DNA of 31,971 bases from Bdellovibrionota bacterium (GTDB taxonomy: Bacteria; Bdellovibrionota_C; UBA2361; JBIKWN01): NCBI GenBank assembly GCA_044356295.1, contig JBIKWN010000026.1, forward strand, positions 1-31,971, read 5' to 3'. Shown here piece after piece: positions 18,417 through 27,223 of the stretch. Within the stretch, counting starts at the first letter, position 1. Each line of letters begins with the position of its first letter. Made by a program: the position numbers and the translations under genes. The notes below the pieces were generated by a model. That model was not told where the DNA came from. It did not search any database and saw only the letters and a list, made by a program, of their open reading frames with translations.

Positions 18417-19766
18417 ATGAGTGGATTAAATAATCGGATAACACTCTCTGCTTTAACTGCTCTTCTATTTTGTCAAGTAAGTGGAGGACCTAATGGTTTA
18501 GAAGAAATTGTACAATCAAGCGGTGCACTTGCTTCGCTTATATTAATCCTGATAACTCCATTTATCTGGGCAATTCCTGCAGCACTTGTTACTGCAGAGA
18601 TGAGTACTGCGATTCCAAAAGAGGGAGGGTATTATCATTGGGTAAAAGATACGTTGGGACCGAAGTGGGGTTTGTTAAGTGCTCTCTGGATGTGGATCTA
18701 CTCTTGGTTTGATTGTGCGTTGTATCCAATTATATTTGCAGAGATAGTTATTCATTCTTCAATTCTTGCTGGATGGTTACCTCAAGAAGCATCCTCTCAC
18801 ATGGAGCTAAGATTTCTTCTGTGTCTCGTGTTAATTGTTCCTTTTACTATAATCAATATCATTGGTGTTAAAAAAGTTGGTCAATGGGCGATTGTTCTAA
18901 CTACGTTAATTTGCATTTCATTTACATTTTTAATTCTCTGTGGACTTTTTAGTTTTTTCAGTAATCCAGTTCCATTAGTTACGGTGCTATTGAATGATGC
19001 CGTTGCTCCAAATTTTATAGATTCATTAGGTGCAGGGCTTTTAATTGTTATGTGGAATTATCTCGGATGGAGTGGGCTTTCAACTATCACTGCTGAGATC
19101 GATAATCCCAAAAAAATATTCCCGAAAGCATTACTGTATTCAATGGTATTAATTATTGCTCTTTATTTTCTTTCTGTCTTTGCTGGACTTCAGGTATATC
19201 CTGATAAAACTAAATGGGAATCTGGCGTTTGGCCCACAATCGGTTATCACGCAGGCGGGAATTTACTTTTTATATTTTTAATTATAACGAGTATCGCCAG
19301 TGCCATGTCTCTTTTTAATGCGCAAGCGCTTGCTGCTTCGCGGATACCGTATGTGCTTGCTCTGGATGGATATTTGCCAAAATGGTTTGCTAAACTGAAT
19401 CCAAAGAGCGAATCACCTGTTCGAGCAATCTGTTTTTGTTCTGTTATTTATTCTCTTCTTTGTTTGAAATCTTTTTCAGAGTTAATAACTTTAGACGTGT
19501 TCTTATTCTCAAGCACATTACTCCTCCAGCACATAAGTTTTGTTGTTTTTAGATTAAAAGACCCAGATAAAGAGCGTCCATTCAAAGTACCTGGTAATTT
19601 TTATGTCATTTGTACTATCGCAGCAGCTCCAATTATTCTAGCTATGGTTGCTACTTTAAATGAGATGCGAGACCCCGACCAATTGAGCAGCGTCATTATC
19701 TCTCTAAGTATCATTATTCTAACGAGTTTGTTTGCATATTTTTCTAGGGGACGCTCACCTTTATAA
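18417..19766 (+). CDS. APC-superfamily amino acid/polyamine permease
   Basis: About 12 hydrophobic segments, VSGGPNGLEE, AEMSTAIPKEGGYYHWV, WNYLGW...AEIDNP and RPFKVP. Confidence 0.9.
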   Translation: MSGLNNRITLSALTALLFCQVSGGPNGLEEIVQSSGALASLILILITPFIWAIPAALVTAEMSTAIPKEGGYYHWVKDTLGPKWGLLSALWMWIYSWFDCALYPIIFAEIVIHSSILAGWLPQEASSHMELRFLLCLVLIVPFTIINIIGVKKVGQWAIVLTTLICISFTFLILCGLFSFFSNPVPLVTVLLNDAVAPNFIDSLGAGLLIVMWNYLGWSGLSTITAEIDNPKKIFPKALLYSMVLIIALYFLSVFAGLQVYPDKTKWESGVWPTIGYHAGGNLLFIFLIITSIASAMSLFNAQALAASRIPYVLALDGYLPKWFAKLNPKSESPVRAICFCSVIYSLLCLKSFSELITLDVFLFSSTLLLQHISFVVFRLKDPDKERPFKVPGNFYVICTIAAAPIILAMVATLNEMRDPDQLSSVIISLSIIILTSLFAYFSRGRSPL

Positions 19767-19830
19767 GTACTTAGATCTAGGTGTCGTGATTATCTATGAT
19801 CAACTAGTTATAAAAGTGAGCGTCCTCTAG
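19744..19830. repeat. REPIN/MITE-like inverted-repeat element, copy 2, overlapping both flanking gene ends
   Basis: CTAGGGGACGCTCACCTTTATAA (19744-19766) pairs with TTATAAAAGTGAGCGTCCTCTAG (19808-19830) at 21/23 positions. 19747-19766 is identical to 17721-17740. Confidence 0.88.
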
Positions 19831-21012
19831 TGATGCTACAAAAGTAGTAAGAAATGCATTAGCCTGCACCCCATCTAAAACCCGATGATCCAAAGTCAGT
19901 GAAACGTATACCATTGGACGAATCACCATCTGATCTTTCCCATCAACCTCTTTAACAATAACTCGTTTCTCTAACTTTCCAATGCCAAGAATCCCCGATT
20001 GTGGTTGATTAATAATGATCGGAGTCGCAATTAAACTTCCAGTCATTCCATGATTGGAAATTGTAAAAGTTCCATCTCGCACTTCTTTTGGATCAAGGGT
20101 TTGTGTTCTAGCTTTTTGAGTGAGCTCTTGAACGAGGGATGCAATTTGAAAAAGATCAAGGTCGGCAGCATTTTTTATAACAGGAACAATAAGTCCACCT
20201 TGTTCAAGTCCTATCGCAAGTCCGATATTGTGAAAAGGAAATAGTTCAAGCGAGTCATCATGCCATCTGCTATTTAATTGAGGAACAGCTTTTAGTGCTT
20301 TAACAGTTGCTTGAATAAAGTAGGGGGTCAGTGTGAGCTTCACACCCTTCTTAGCGAATTCTTCCTTATGAGCATCTCGATGTTTTATTACTTCAGTTAA
20401 GTCACAGTCGAAAACGCTGGTAACGTGCGGAGCAGTGTGCAGCAGACTTTGCACCATATGTGAAGCGATACTTTTTCGCATCTGATTATGCGGGATTCGT
20501 GTTGATTCACCTGCAGCAGTAGTACTCGCAGCTGGTTTATGAGACTGATGAAAGTTCTCAATATCTTCAATAAGTATTCTTCCCCTTGGTCCTGTGCCTT
20601 TAACATCAGTTGCAGAGATTCCTTTTTCTTTAAGGAGTCTTTTTACAGCAGGAGTAAGTTCTAGTGCTGCATCTGTAGATCTAGAAGAATCGTCATTTGA
20701 AGATGCAGATTTTGTTTTACTAGCATTTTTTTCTTTTGATGTAGTTGGAGTACTAGCAGAGGAAGCATCGCTTAGCTGAATTCGACCTAAAATTTCACCA
20801 GGATGAATATCTTCATCAACAACTTTTATTACTTCAATCAGAATGCCCGAAGCAGGTGATGAAATTTCAAGGCTTACTTTGTCAGTTGTCACTTCGATGA
20901 GTGGTTCATGCTCTTTAACATGTTCTCCAACTTTCTTAAGCCAAGTGCTTAAAACAGATTTTGTTCCTTCCTCTTGTTCAGAGGTCATTTTAATTTCAAT
21001 TATCTCAGTCAT
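19804..21012 (-). CDS. Dihydrolipoamide acyltransferase (E2) of a 2-oxoacid dehydrogenase complex
   Basis: One lipoyl domain (EVTTDKVSLEI), peripheral subunit-binding domain (TPAVKRLL...GTGPRGRI) and catalytic DHRVLDG. Confidence 0.95.
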   Translation of the reverse strand: MTEIIEIKMTSEQEEGTKSVLSTWLKKVGEHVKEHEPLIEVTTDKVSLEISSPASGILIEVIKVVDEDIHPGEILGRIQLSDASSASTPTTSKEKNASKTKSASSNDDSSRSTDAALELTPAVKRLLKEKGISATDVKGTGPRGRILIEDIENFHQSHKPAASTTAAGESTRIPHNQMRKSIASHMVQSLLHTAPHVTSVFDCDLTEVIKHRDAHKEEFAKKGVKLTLTPYFIQATVKALKAVPQLNSRWHDDSLELFPFHNIGLAIGLEQGGLIVPVIKNAADLDLFQIASLVQELTQKARTQTLDPKEVRDGTFTISNHGMTGSLIATPIIINQPQSGILGIGKLEKRVIVKEVDGKDQMVIRPMVYVSLTLDHRVLDGVQANAFLTTFVASLEDAHFYN

Positions 21013-21035
21013 AGAAATTTCAGTAACTAAAAAAT

Positions 21036-23141
21036 TTAGAAGTTTAATAAATTTGTAATCTTTTGTGAGATCTGAGAAGTGGAAGGAACAACACTTTCCA
21101 TCATAGGTACATTATAAGGAATAGGGATGTCTTCAACTGCCAATCGATCAACTGGAGCATCAAGGTGTAAGAAACATTCATTCGCAACGACTGCAGCTAT
21201 CTCACCACCAAAACCACATGTCATACCGTCTTCATGAACGATTAAACATCTTCTGGTTTTTTTCACAGATGTAATTACTGATTCTTTATCCCAAGGGCTA
21301 AGCGAACGAAGGTCTATTACTTCAACCTGAGAATCAAACTCTTTTGCAGCTTCTTCACAACGCTCAACCATTGCACCCCAACTAACCACTGTAATCGCAG
21401 ATCCCTCTTTGGTAATAGTTGCTTTACCAAATGGCACAACATAATCATCCCCCGGATACGGTCGCCGTGCCCAAAGCGCATCATACATATGCCTGTGTTC
21501 AAAAAAGATAGTTGGATTATTGCTTCGCATTGCAGATCGAAGAAGCCCAACTGCATCTTGAGCATTGGACGGCATCACAACTTGCCAACCAACGGCATGA
21601 ATCCAAGTCGTTTCACCAGAAACGCTGTGCCATGGATCGCCACATTTTGCAAAACCACCAGCAATTCTGACAACAAGAGGTGCAGCAAATCGGTTTGCTG
21701 TTCTCCAACGCATTGTTCCACAATTATTTAATTGTTCAGTTGCAGGATCTGCATATTTTCTAAACTGAATCTCGACTACTGGCATAAGTCCAGCAACTGC
21801 CATTCCAACTGCGCGTCCCACAATACCTTCTTCAGAAAGGCTTGTATCAAAAACTCGATCTTCTCCAAACTCTTCTTGAAGACCAAGAGTCACTGCATGC
21901 ACTCCACCTTTTGGTCCAATATCTTCACCAAACACTAAAACTTTTGGATTTGTTTTTAGTTCATGAGACAAAGTTTTTCGAATTGCAGTAACGAGGTTAA
22001 TTCTTGTAGGTTCTTCATTCGGAGTAGTAGATGATTTTGGGAAAGTATGTCCCTCATAAAGAAGTCCACCCTGTAATTGTACTTCTACATTGCCATCAGA
22101 ATCTGTTTCAGAGAACTGATATTTTTTTACATCGGCAATTGAAGGATCATTTCTATTAAGTGCTCCTGTAAGTGCAAGATTTACATCATTCGCTGCTTTC
22201 TCACGAAGTGATGACCATTCAGATTCAGATATAACAGCAGGTACAAGATATTTCTCTAATGAGAATATTGGATCTTTATTTTTCTCTTCTTTAATAAGCT
22301 CTTCTTTTTTATAAGCTTGTGTATCTTGCCCAGAATGTCCCGATAGTCTTGGAACAACAAGCCTTACAAGTGCTGGACCAGTTCCACTTCGTACGAAGTC
22401 TGTTGCTTCAGAAAGAATTGCAGAAGTTTCTGCTAAATCAGATCCATTGCCATCAAATATTTTTAGATTTTTAAATGACGCTAAATTGTCTGCAATATTG
22501 CAACCAGGAGTTTGGAAGTGAGAAGGAACAGAGAGCGCATATTGATTATCTTCAATATAAAAAAGCATCGGCAGTTTTAATGTTGTTGCCATGGTAAGTG
22601 CAGACCAAAAACCATTCGTTGCAACTGATCCTTCGCCCCCAAGAACAACAGAGATACATCCTTTAAAATTTTTATCCTTAAGAGTTTGTGATCGATACAC
22701 AATACTCTGTGCCCAACCAGCTGCAGGTGTATATTGAGATCCAACGTCACCCGACATTGGCAAAACTATTGCGCCTTCTTTTTTTGGAAGGTTACAAACA
22801 ACACCGATGTCTCGACCATCACTAAAGCCACCGCTTTTTCCCATCGGTCCAGCAAATGCATCTTCGAAAGATAGTCCAAGTGATAAAAGCAGAGGTCGAG
22901 ATCGATAATAAGCGCTTGCTGAATCACGCTTACCAGTTAGCAAAGATCCAAGTATAATTTGTGGGACATCGTGTCCCCGTGCTGAGAACTGATACAGAAT
23001 TTTTTTTTCAGGAAGTAATTTTGTTTCTTCAACTGCATCAATTGCCCGTGAAGCAAAGACCAGATAGGCGACTTTTTTCCAGTCAATTTGAGGATTCAAT
23101 CCTAAAGAATCTGCTACTTGGCTCATTGCTGCTACACCCAT
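21036..23141 (-). CDS. Fused E1 alpha/beta TPP-dependent 2-oxoacid dehydrogenase (branched-chain/aromatic type)
   Basis: SARGHD, TPP motif variant GEG...EDN, RLSGHS, and beta-part motifs FGEDIG, DTSLSEEGIVG, WHS and EVIDLRSL. Confidence 0.92.
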   Translation of the reverse strand: MGVAAMSQVADSLGLNPQIDWKKVAYLVFASRAIDAVEETKLLPEKKILYQFSARGHDVPQIILGSLLTGKRDSASAYYRSRPLLLSLGLSFEDAFAGPMGKSGGFSDGRDIGVVCNLPKKEGAIVLPMSGDVGSQYTPAAGWAQSIVYRSQTLKDKNFKGCISVVLGGEGSVATNGFWSALTMATTLKLPMLFYIEDNQYALSVPSHFQTPGCNIADNLASFKNLKIFDGNGSDLAETSAILSEATDFVRSGTGPALVRLVVPRLSGHSGQDTQAYKKEELIKEEKNKDPIFSLEKYLVPAVISESEWSSLREKAANDVNLALTGALNRNDPSIADVKKYQFSETDSDGNVEVQLQGGLLYEGHTFPKSSTTPNEEPTRINLVTAIRKTLSHELKTNPKVLVFGEDIGPKGGVHAVTLGLQEEFGEDRVFDTSLSEEGIVGRAVGMAVAGLMPVVEIQFRKYADPATEQLNNCGTMRWRTANRFAAPLVVRIAGGFAKCGDPWHSVSGETTWIHAVGWQVVMPSNAQDAVGLLRSAMRSNNPTIFFEHRHMYDALWARRPYPGDDYVVPFGKATITKEGSAITVVSWGAMVERCEEAAKEFDSQVEVIDLRSLSPWDKESVITSVKKTRRCLIVHEDGMTCGFGGEIAAVVANECFLHLDAPVDRLAVEDIPIPYNVPMMESVVPSTSQISQKITNLLNF

Positions 23142-23398
23142 AAAATGCCTCTAGAGTTACTATACTTTGAAGACACCCTTGTCTCATTAAGAGCGAGTAA
23201 ATGTCAAATCAAAAGTTCTTCAATGAATTGATATCATTAGGTTTTTCCGATGCATTTCAATTCATTTAATGATAGAAAGAGTTGTTCAAAAAATTGCTGC
23301 TACGGTTGCTACTGATAACTACTCGGAATTCTTCCTTGATTTGGTACTTTCGTGGTAAAGAACTCATGCAAAACAATTAACAATCAAGAGAAATACTT

Positions 23399-24187
23399 GT
23401 GTCTGAATTTAAAAATATTCTGTGTGAAGCTTCTGAAGGTGTTTTAGAGATAACACTCAATCGACCTGATGTCCTCAATAGTTTTAATCGAGAGATGTCA
23501 TCTGAATTACAGATTGCTCTCGATCAATCAAAATCAAAAAATATTCGAGCAGTGCTTTTAACTGGGAAAGGAAGAGGCTTTTGTGCAGGGCAAGATCTTT
23601 CAGATGTAATACCTAAAGAAGGTGAGACAACAGAGTTAGGAAAAATAGTTGAAAGTTGTTACAACCCAATTATTCTAAAAATTCGGTCAATTGAGAAACC
23701 ATTTATTTGTGCAGTAAATGGAATTGCTGCCGGGGCAGGTGCTAACTTAGCACTTGCTTGTGATATTGTTTTTGCAGCATCCACTGCATCGTTTGTGCAG
23801 TCATTTTCAAAAGTAGGGCTTGTGCCTGATAGCGGAGGGACATTTTTTCTTCCACGACTTATTGGTTTTGCACGTGCAACTGCCCTTACGATGTTGGCAG
23901 AGAAAATTACAGCGGAAGAAGCACTAAGAATTGGAATGATTTATAAAGTGGTGTCAAGCGAAGCGCTGTTAGACGAGGCAAAAAGTATTGCCAAGTATTT
24001 AGCAACGCAACCTACAAAAGGGTTAGGACTTATTAAGCGAGGATTGAATCGATCGCTTTCAAATTCACTTGAAGACCAATTGCTCTTAGAAAGAGATCTA
24101 CAGGATGAGGCAGGTAAAAGTTTAGACTATGCTGAAGGCGTAAAAGCATTTGTAGAAAAACGCGCCCCACAATTTAAAGGTGAGTAA
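23399..24187 (+). CDS. paaG: Ring-1,2-epoxyphenylacetyl-CoA isomerase (crotonase fold)
   Basis: LNRPDVLNSFN, FCAGQDL, AAGAGANLALACD and GLVPDSGG (catalytic Asp of PaaG); paa cluster context. Confidence 0.88.
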   Translation: MSEFKNILCEASEGVLEITLNRPDVLNSFNREMSSELQIALDQSKSKNIRAVLLTGKGRGFCAGQDLSDVIPKEGETTELGKIVESCYNPIILKIRSIEKPFICAVNGIAAGAGANLALACDIVFAASTASFVQSFSKVGLVPDSGGTFFLPRLIGFARATALTMLAEKITAEEALRIGMIYKVVSSEALLDEAKSIAKYLATQPTKGLGLIKRGLNRSLSNSLEDQLLLERDLQDEAGKSLDYAEGVKAFVEKRAPQFKGE

Positions 24188-24188
24188 C

Positions 24189-25373
24189 ATGAAGTTAGAT
24201 TCTACAACAATTGTTGGAGTTATTGGTGCAGGTACGATGGGGCGGGGGATTGCTCAGGTTGCAGCAAGTAATGGGCATCAAGTGATTATTTCAGATGCTA
24301 ACGAAGTAACCCTTAGTAACTGTAAAAAAAGTCTGAGTGAAACATTTGAAAAATTAATCGCAAAGAAAAAAATTAGTAAAGAAGAATCTGAACAGATCCT
24401 TTCTAGGATATCGTATGCAACAAATTTAGAATCACATGCTACGTGTGGGATAATTATTGAAGCAATTATCGAAGATCTTGGAATTAAAAAACAGCTCTTT
24501 ACCTCTTTAGAAGCTATCGTCAAAGACACATGTGTTCTTGCAACTAATACGTCGTCTCTTTCGATTGCGTCGCTTTCAGCTGCTTGTAAGAAAAAAGAGC
24601 GAGTTATTGGAATTCATTTTTTCAACCCAGCGCCGCTGATGGCACTTGTCGAGATTGTTCCGTCATTGTTAACAAATCAAACTATTACTGAGTCAGTTGT
24701 TGAACTTATTTCATCTTGGAATAAAAAAACAGTTCTAGCAAAAGATACACCTGGTTTTATTGTTAATCGCATTGCGAGACCGTATTACGGTGAAGCGCTC
24801 AGAATATACGAAGAATCAATCGGTTCATTTCAAGAAATTGATGCTGCAATGAAACAACTCGGTTCGTTTCGAATGGGTCCTTTTGAGCTCATGGATTTTA
24901 TTGGCAATGATATAAACTTAAGTGTTACAGAGACTGTCTTTAAAGAGTTCTTCTTTGATCCTCGGTATAAGCCCTCGTTTACTCAGAAAAGAAATGTTGA
25001 AGCTGGGCTTTTAGGCAGAAAGACTGGAAGAGGTTTCTATAATTATACTGATTCAAATGTAAATGAAGTCTCGCAAAATATTAGTTTTGATAAAGAGCGA
25101 GGGGAGATAATTTTTCTCAGGATCCTAGCTATGCTTATTAATGAAGCAGCCGACGCATTATATCTTGGAATAGCTTCGAGAGATGATATTGATTCCGCAA
25201 TGACGCTAGGAGTGAACTATCCAAAGGGATTACTTCGTTGGTGTGATGAAGTTGGTCTTGATACGATCGTAGGAGTGCTCGATGCACTTTACGAGGATTA
25301 CCGAGAAGATAGATACCGCGCAAGTGTATTGCTTCGAAGGAAAGCAAAAGAGAAATCTAATTTCTATTCGTAA
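24189..25373 (+). CDS. paaH: 3-hydroxyadipyl-CoA (3-hydroxyacyl-CoA) dehydrogenase
   Basis: GVIGAGTMG Rossmann motif, NTSSLS, HFFNP, PGFIVNR, duplicated C-domain. ATG at 24189 follows an SD-like AAGGTGAG. Confidence 0.88.
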   Translation: MKLDSTTIVGVIGAGTMGRGIAQVAASNGHQVIISDANEVTLSNCKKSLSETFEKLIAKKKISKEESEQILSRISYATNLESHATCGIIIEAIIEDLGIKKQLFTSLEAIVKDTCVLATNTSSLSIASLSAACKKKERVIGIHFFNPAPLMALVEIVPSLLTNQTITESVVELISSWNKKTVLAKDTPGFIVNRIARPYYGEALRIYEESIGSFQEIDAAMKQLGSFRMGPFELMDFIGNDINLSVTETVFKEFFFDPRYKPSFTQKRNVEAGLLGRKTGRGFYNYTDSNVNEVSQNISFDKERGEIIFLRILAMLINEAADALYLGIASRDDIDSAMTLGVNYPKGLLRWCDEVGLDTIVGVLDALYEDYREDRYRASVLLRRKAKEKSNFYS

Positions 25374-25395
25374 ATTTATTGAGGAGTATTCGAAC

Positions 25396-26607
25396 GTGAA
25401 TAAAAGTTTTATTATAGATGGTATTAGAACTCCGATTGGAAATCATGGAGGATCTCTATCACCGATTCGAGCCGATGACATGGCAGCTCTTGTTATAAAA
25501 GAGCTTATCAAGCGAAATCCATCAGTACCGACTTCAAAGATAACAGATGTTATTTTCGGATCTGCAAACCAAGCTGGAGAAGATAATAGAAACGTTGCAC
25601 GTATGGCGGCACTTCTTGCAGGGCTTCCTGTCGAAATTCCAGGTGAAACTGTAAATAGATTGTGTGCTTCTGGAATGAGCGCGGTCATCAATGCTGATAG
25701 ATCGATTAAACTAAGTCAAGCAGATTTTATGATCGCAGGTGGTGTTGAAAGTATGACACGGGCGCCGTATGTACTTTCAAAAACTGCAACTCCTTTTGGT
25801 CGTGATGCTGAGCTTTTTGATACCAGTATCGGTTGGCGTTTTGTAAACCCACTGATGAAAGAAATGTACGGTACTGATTCCATGGGTGAAACAGCTGAAA
25901 ATGTTGCAGCTCAGTTCTCGGTTTCTAGAGCTGACCAGGATCAGTTTGCAATGCAATCCCAAATGAAAGCATCTGCGGCACTAAAACGGGGAAGGTTTGA
26001 ACGAGAAATTGTTTCTGTTGAAATCCCAAAAAAGAAAGGTGAAGTACTACATTTTTCTGCTGATGAATTTATTCGCTCAGGAACAACTCTTGAAACCTTA
26101 TCAAAATTAAAACCTGCATTTCGAAAAGATGGATCCGTAACTGCCGGAAATTCATCAGGTATCAATGACGGTGCATGCGCACTGCTTCTTGCGAGTGATA
26201 CAGCAGTAACGTCATTGAAACTTAATCCACTAGGAAAAATTATCTCTTCGGCTGTTGTTGGAGTTCAACCAAATATTATGGGGATAGGTCCAGTAGCTGC
26301 ATCTGAAAAAGCATTAAAAATTGCGGGACTTACCATCAAAGATATAAATATTATTGAACTTAATGAAGCTTTTGCCGCACAAGGTATTGCCTGCTTAAGG
26401 TCACTTGGACTTTCACAAGACGATGAACGAGTAAATCCAAACGGAGGCGCAATTGCTCTTGGGCATCCACTAGGAATGTCTGGAGCACGATTAATCTTAA
26501 CTGCGCTTCATGAACTCAAAGAGCGAAATCAAAAATATGCTTTGTGCACAATGTGTATCGGTGTTGGGCAAGGAATGGCTTGTGTTGTTGAGAATAGCAA
26601 TGGGTAA
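25396..26607 (+). CDS. paaJ: 3-oxoadipyl-CoA/3-oxo-5,6-dehydrosuberyl-CoA thiolase (PaaJ/PcaF type)
   Basis: NQAGEDNRNVARM, NRLCASG, NEAFA, GHPLGMSG and CIGVGQG. GTG start at 25396 follows GAGGAG. Confidence 0.9.
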   Translation: MNKSFIIDGIRTPIGNHGGSLSPIRADDMAALVIKELIKRNPSVPTSKITDVIFGSANQAGEDNRNVARMAALLAGLPVEIPGETVNRLCASGMSAVINADRSIKLSQADFMIAGGVESMTRAPYVLSKTATPFGRDAELFDTSIGWRFVNPLMKEMYGTDSMGETAENVAAQFSVSRADQDQFAMQSQMKASAALKRGRFEREIVSVEIPKKKGEVLHFSADEFIRSGTTLETLSKLKPAFRKDGSVTAGNSSGINDGACALLLASDTAVTSLKLNPLGKIISSAVVGVQPNIMGIGPVAASEKALKIAGLTIKDINIIELNEAFAAQGIACLRSLGLSQDDERVNPNGGAIALGHPLGMSGARLILTALHELKERNQKYALCTMCIGVGQGMACVVENSNG

Positions 26608-27217
26608 TATTTTTGAATTCAACGGTTTTCAGCCAGTAATTCACGAAAGCTCTTTTATTCATCCCAATGCAACTGTTGTGGGTAATGTTGTAATTGGAAA
26701 AGATGTTTATGTCGGACCAGGAGCAACAATTCGTGGAGATTGGGGAGAGATCATTATTGAAGATGGTTGCAATATTCAAGAATCTTGCACAATACATATG
26801 TTTCCAGGTTTGACTGTCACACTGAAGCAATCAGCACATATTGGGCACGGTGCTGTTATTCATGGAGCCACAATCGGAAAAAATTCCCTTGTTGGTATGA
26901 ATGCTGTAGTCATGGATAATGTTGTTGTCGGTGATGAGTGCATCATCGGTGCTCTTTGTTTTGTACCTGCAGAGATGATAATTCCAAATAGAAAAGTTGT
27001 TGTTGGAAATCCCGCGAAAGTTGTTAAAGATGTAACCGATGAGATGCTTGATTGGAAAACTGAAGGGACAAAACTCTATCAATCACTTCCAGAATCACTA
27101 CGACAAACACTAAAAGAATGTGAACCACTCAGGGAAATCCCAAAAGATCGCAAAAAAATGGCTTCAGATTATAAGCCGTGGAAAACAATTGGAAAAGAAA
27201 ATAAGAGTCAGGAATAA
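26600..27217 (+). CDS. paaY: PaaY-like hexapeptide-repeat (gamma-carbonic-anhydrase fold) protein
   Basis: Hexapeptide repeats, RGDWG, NIQE..H and HIGHGAVIHG. ATG at 26600 overlaps the thiolase end. Confidence 0.85.
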   Translation: MGNIFEFNGFQPVIHESSFIHPNATVVGNVVIGKDVYVGPGATIRGDWGEIIIEDGCNIQESCTIHMFPGLTVTLKQSAHIGHGAVIHGATIGKNSLVGMNAVVMDNVVVGDECIIGALCFVPAEMIIPNRKVVVGNPAKVVKDVTDEMLDWKTEGTKLYQSLPESLRQTLKECEPLREIPKDRKKMASDYKPWKTIGKENKSQE

Positions 27218-27223
27218 AAAACT

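Noticed and set aside
25282..26599. Extended N-termini of paaJ (25282) and paaY (26510) in the ORF track
   Set aside because: They overlap upstream genes by ~90 nt. Family-like sequence begins at GTG 25396 (with SD) and ATG 26600.
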